Positions 60,647-64,000 of a stretch of DNA of 64,000 nucleotides are shown in pieces. The stretch comes from Promethearchaeota archaeon (GTDB lineage Archaea > Asgardarchaeota > Lokiarchaeia > Sigyniarchaeales > SOKP01), in assembly GCA_016840085.1 (NCBI GenBank), contig JAEOTA010000084.1, positions 1-64,000 on the forward strand. Reading direction: 5' to 3'. Position 1 is the stretch's first letter. The number at the start of each line of letters is the position of its first letter. Under the pieces are notes generated by a model. It was not told where the DNA came from, did not search any database, and worked only from the letters and a program-made list of their open reading frames with translations. The position numbers and the translations under genes are program-made.

Positions 60647-61108
60647 TTAAAAATTGTTTAAATTTTTAAATTGAATTCCCCAAGAAAATTTAGAGAGAAT
60701 TAAATCCGCATAAGTTTTAAACTTTGTTATGAATAACGCTGCCGCCAATGCTTCAGCTGAACTTAATTTTTCCCATACTCCATAATTTGTTGGATTTGCT
60801 GCGATTAAGGGAGGTAATTTACGATCATGGAGAAAGTTAGAATTCCATAAATTAGGAAGTTTATTCCAAGAACAATCTATTACGATTAAACCATATTTTA
60901 ATATTAATTTTCTATCATTAATTGAAATTTCTTTACTAGCAGAAGGATTTAATATAACAGAATTTCTTAAATTACCTTTAATCTTATTTATAATCTTTAA
61001 AAGATTAAATCTTTTTAATTTAATTGCTGTGCATTTTTTAGGATCACATTCTTTATAATGAAGGCAAAATACATTAGGTTTATTTTCTCTTATAATATCA
61101 GTTGGCAT
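60647..61108 (-). CDS. tsr3: 16S rRNA aminocarboxypropyltransferase Tsr3
   Basis: CDPKKCT, IDCSW, RKLPPLIAANPTNYG, LSSAEALAAAL, FSWG. Confidence 0.95.
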   Translation of the reverse strand: MPTDIIRENKPNVFCLHYKECDPKKCTAIKLKRFNLLKIINKIKGNLRNSVILNPSASKEISINDRKLILKYGLIVIDCSWNKLPNLWNSNFLHDRKLPPLIAANPTNYGVWEKLSSAEALAAALFITKFKTYADLILSKFSWGIQFKNLNNF

Positions 61109-61169
61109 TATTTAATTTGAAATGAAAATCTAATAAGAATTCTTTTTTTTAATAAAAATTATCCACTTA

Positions 61170-62180
61170 TTACTCATATTTAGAACTGGTGAGCACATTA
61201 ATAGATTTTATAGAACTTTCTGTCGTCTTTTCTTCGCCTACTATTTGCATTATTGAATAAATAATATTTCTGGATTCACAAATAATAGGTATCCCGCCAT
61301 ATGATAAAGTAAATAGCCCAATAAAAGAAATCTCTTCAGTATTTGATGTATCTTCAACTTTTGAGAATTTAATCTTACCTGAAGGACAAGCAATAATACC
61401 ATAAAAATTTTCACTATCTTGACCTGAAATTGCAACATAACATAAAAGATCTCCGATTGAACTCCCTTCTGATTCTTCTTTCATTTTCTGGAATGCAACA
61501 TTAGCACTTGCAGAGAACGCCTCTATAGAAATTGGTAAATTTTGTCCGCTAACTTCCCTAGCATCAAGAGTTAACCCAGAAGGGTTAACTAAGCTATATC
61601 TTATAAATATTGGATTCTGAAGAGAGTCTAAAATAGTACTTATTGTGGGTAGTAAATCTGAAGGCCCAGTAGATTCAGGTGTGTATGATACAAAAGGTAT
61701 TTCTGATCCCATTCCAAAAAGATAAATTGCACTTCGCACTTTATCACAAAATTCTTCAATCTCTTTTTCAGATTCATTGCCACTTCCGAAAAATTCTCCT
61801 AATTTTTGTTTTAAATAATACATCGATGTAGCTAGATTGTCTGCATCTAATGGCCATTCTTTATGATAATTATGTACTATTGTTAAAAGAGTTTCATTAA
61901 TTCTGATTGTTATTAGACATACTTTATCAAAATATGAAAATGAAATAACTTGATGTTTAATATTTAAATCTTCCCAATTTTCTTCACTAGCTGAAAAAGC
62001 TGCTGACGCTAAACTAGTGATTTGATTTGGATTTAACTCAATATCACTTTTTCTACCGATTTTTGCTATAGATAGCCCATTTTGATCACACAAAACTATT
62101 AACACAGTACCTTCAGATGCTCGTAAAATGGAGGTTAAATGTTTTATTAGGGATTCTCTTACACTCATTAAAAAAACCAA
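61170..62180 (-). CDS. tandem roadblock-like two-domain protein
   Basis: LIVLCDQNGLSIA..ITSLASAAF and YSLVNPSGLTL..EAFSASANVAF. Confidence 0.75.
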   Translation of the reverse strand: MVFLMSVRESLIKHLTSILRASEGTVLIVLCDQNGLSIAKIGRKSDIELNPNQITSLASAAFSASEENWEDLNIKHQVISFSYFDKVCLITIRINETLLTIVHNYHKEWPLDADNLATSMYYLKQKLGEFFGSGNESEKEIEEFCDKVRSAIYLFGMGSEIPFVSYTPESTGPSDLLPTISTILDSLQNPIFIRYSLVNPSGLTLDAREVSGQNLPISIEAFSASANVAFQKMKEESEGSSIGDLLCYVAISGQDSENFYGIIACPSGKIKFSKVEDTSNTEEISFIGLFTLSYGGIPIICESRNIIYSIMQIVGEEKTTESSIKSINVLTSSKYE

Positions 62181-62340
62181 AATTACTTTTTCCTAGCTAA
62201 ATAAAATATTTTTGTGTTATATATTTTAATAAATTTTTATCATTTATTTTAATCGCATTAAAAATTGAATCCTTTAATAAAAAATTTTTTTATTCTTATA
62301 ATCTATTATTACATACTAAATTTAAACTTGATATCAAGAA

Positions 62341-62458
62341 GCGGGAATTGCCAAGTCTGGTCAAAGGTTATTGCGAGCTGATTCGAAAGCTGACTATAGG
62401 CGGTGGACTTAGAATCCATTCTCGTAGGAGTTCGGGAGTTCAAATCTCCCTTCCCGCA
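62341..62458 (+). tRNA. tRNA-Leu(TAG) with 33-nt D-loop intron (62365-62397)
   Basis: GCGGGAA/TTCCCGC acceptor, GTGGA-CTTAGAA-TCCAT, long variable arm; BHB helix GGTC/GACT with bulges AAA and ATA. Confidence 0.93.
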
Positions 62459-62609
62459 TTCTTTTGAAATTTTTCTTTTCTTATGTAAAGAAGAAGAATT
62501 AAAAAAAGAAAAATTTTAATGGATTCATACTCTATCTTTAATACTAGTTATAGATTTCTATACACATTTATGAAAAAAACTCGTTAAAACAAACTTTCTT
62601 AATTATCTT

Positions 62610-62715
62610 GCTCCTATAGTGTAGTCAGGCCAAGCAATGTTTATTATTTAAATACATACTTGAATGCTAGGCTTTCACCCTGGTGACCCGGGTTCGAATC
62701 CCGGTAGGAGCACCA
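62610..62715 (+). tRNA. tRNA-Glu(TTC), encoded CCA, 28-nt intron in the D stem (62637-62664, position ~24/25)
   Basis: GCTCCTA/TAGGAGC-ACCA, CTAGG-CTTTCAC-CCTGG; BHB helix CAAG/CTTG with bulges CAA and AAT. Confidence 0.94.
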
Positions 62716-62791
62716 ATTTATCAACACTAACGAGGTTCTAATTTTCTTCCTTTTAAACTTAAATTTACTCTACAGTTCAATTGAAGGTTGA

Positions 62792-63088
62792 GATAAAACT
62801 GAAAAAATTGAGATTGGATGGAAACCTAAATCCTATAAACTTAAACCTGACGAAGAACGGATTAAAGAAGAAGTGAAATCCATTAATTAGAAAGTAGTTT
62901 CTCTAAATTGGAAGTTACCAAAAGGTGAACTCCTAGATCCTACGAAGGAATCCTCCTATACCAATCCCCTCTACAAGCAAAAAAATTGGCTTGAAGACAT
63001 CTATAACAATAAGGAATGGGGATTAACTGACCGAAAAATAGCACGAATAACAAACACTTCTCAAACTACAATAAACTTGAGATTCTAA
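62792..63088 (+). pseudogene. decayed HTH-containing gene fragment between tRNAs
   Basis: Frame DKTEKIEIGWKP..SIN*KVV..NPLYKQKNWLEDIY..GLTDRKIARITNTSQTTINL with TGA just before, internal TAG (62888) and no start. Confidence 0.55.
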
Positions 63089-63147
63089 CAAAAGAAAGGT
63101 AAATTCAACAGAAAATCTATAATCATAGAAAAATATCAGAGAATTTG

Positions 63148-63284
63148 CGCCCCGGGCATGGCTTCCGTAACACCTATAATTTAGGTGGAAAATCGAACAT
63201 GCGACCGCCCAGTTAACAGCCGGGTGCTCTACTTTGCCTAGCACACCAAAAAGCGGAAGTTGCTTCTAGCTGAGCTACCGAGGC
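63148..63284 (-). tRNA. tRNA-Asn(GTT) with two introns (D loop 63233-63265; T loop 63162-63191)
   Basis: GCCTCGG/CCGGGGC acceptor, CCCGG-CTGTTAA-CTGGG, GCATG/CATGC T stem; removing 33+30 nt gives a 74-nt cloverleaf. Confidence 0.9.
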
Positions 63285-63390
63285 ACAATTATGACATTTT
63301 CTTTTTTGATATATTATTTTATTAAATATAATATTTAGCTTTTTTCTAATAAGGATGATAAAGCTTAGGAATATAGACAATTATATAATT

Positions 63391-63924
63391 TCATTTGTTT
63401 TCAGCTTGAGTTGCGTAATAGATTAACCATTTTGCCATTGCATGAAATGATTCATTAATATTTATATCATCTTTTGAAGAACAAAACACACATTGATTAC
63501 ATTTTGCGTTTATAGCATAATCATTAGCAATTTGAAAATCTACCTCATGATCTGGTAGATCCCATTTCATACCCATAAGTATGATAGGGATAAATCCAGC
63601 TTTTTGCCGAATTATTTTTAGCCATTCTGGTATTTCTCTAAAAGTATCATAATCACTTATATCAAAACAGATAAAAGCTCCACTAGCACCTTTACAATAA
63701 TCCGGTAATAATTCACGAAATCTTTTTTCTCCGGCAAAATCCCATAGTTGCATTTTAACAGCAGCTCCAGTATCAAGAGTTTCAGATTTAGTATGAAATC
63801 CTGCTCCTATCGTCATTTTGTAACCCTCTTCAAACTTTCCAGTGCAGTAGCGTGTTATCATTGCTGTTTTTCCTACACCGCCAGCACCAGCTACAATTAC
63901 TTTAAATATCCATGAGCTATCCAT
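63391..63924 (-). CDS. Rab-like small GTPase
   Basis: FKVIVAGAGGVGKT, YKMTIG, LWDFAGEKRF, MKWD, CSSK; no C-terminal prenylation motif. Confidence 0.92.
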   Translation of the reverse strand: MDSSWIFKVIVAGAGGVGKTAMITRYCTGKFEEGYKMTIGAGFHTKSETLDTGAAVKMQLWDFAGEKRFRELLPDYCKGASGAFICFDISDYDTFREIPEWLKIIRQKAGFIPIILMGMKWDLPDHEVDFQIANDYAINAKCNQCVFCSSKDDININESFHAMAKWLIYYATQAENK

Positions 63925-64000
63925 TTTAATTAATCACATTAAAAATTCAAAATAAAGAACTAGTATATTGTTAAATAATAAAAATATATGTTTAAAAATT

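Noticed and set aside
1331-61438. Short ORFs nested in or antisense to long genes (e.g. 1331-1561, 3988-4191, 7060-7284, 9441-9629, 12126-12314, 15327-15536, 17923-18543, 29475-29714, 36042-36242, 37454-37642, 41206-41409, 47549-47785, 49785-49979, 51789-51971, 54598-54780, 55981-56166, 56749-56931, 57575-57778, 59889-60553, 61250-61438)
   Set aside because: Shadow frames of well-supported genes with no independent motifs.
62888-62890. In-frame TAG/TGA as pyrrolysine or selenocysteine recoding
   Set aside because: The fragment has several stops, no start and no visible SECIS or catalytic context; decay is the simpler explanation.
63023-63244. 73 aa ORF on - strand
   Set aside because: Overlaps the tRNA-Asn gene; not protein-like.

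Overview
AT-rich (roughly 25% GC by eye) core chromosomal segment of an Asgard archaeon, most likely Lokiarchaeia. The evidence is an archaeal 16S rRNA 5' end, archaeal housekeeping genes (rpl3/4/23, rps17e, cdc6, two TFBs, class I LysRS, ABCE1, tgtA, trm5, RNase P Pop5/Rpp30, aRqcH, thermosome, tsr3) and many eukaryotic-signature-type genes (three roadblock genes, three small GTPases, a V4R/Bet3-like and an EMC6-like protein). No CRISPR array, intact transposase or integrase was seen. Features the ORF track misses or does not explain: (1) a Trp-rich leader ORF (MIMATVIYFTWQWPWWRQ) with competing hairpins upstream of trpB2, a candidate ribosome-mediated attenuator in an archaeon; (2) a dispersed Tad/Flp-like pilus system, including a leaderless pilin and a prepilin peptidase split in a T13 tract; (3) a roadblock / DENN-like / MglA-like GTPase operon; (4) six tRNA genes, all with non-canonical introns, including a tRNA-Ile with a duplicated 5' end; (5) three conserved genes whose full reading frames appear to start at ATA. 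All functional calls come from motif recognition by eye; no database searches were run.
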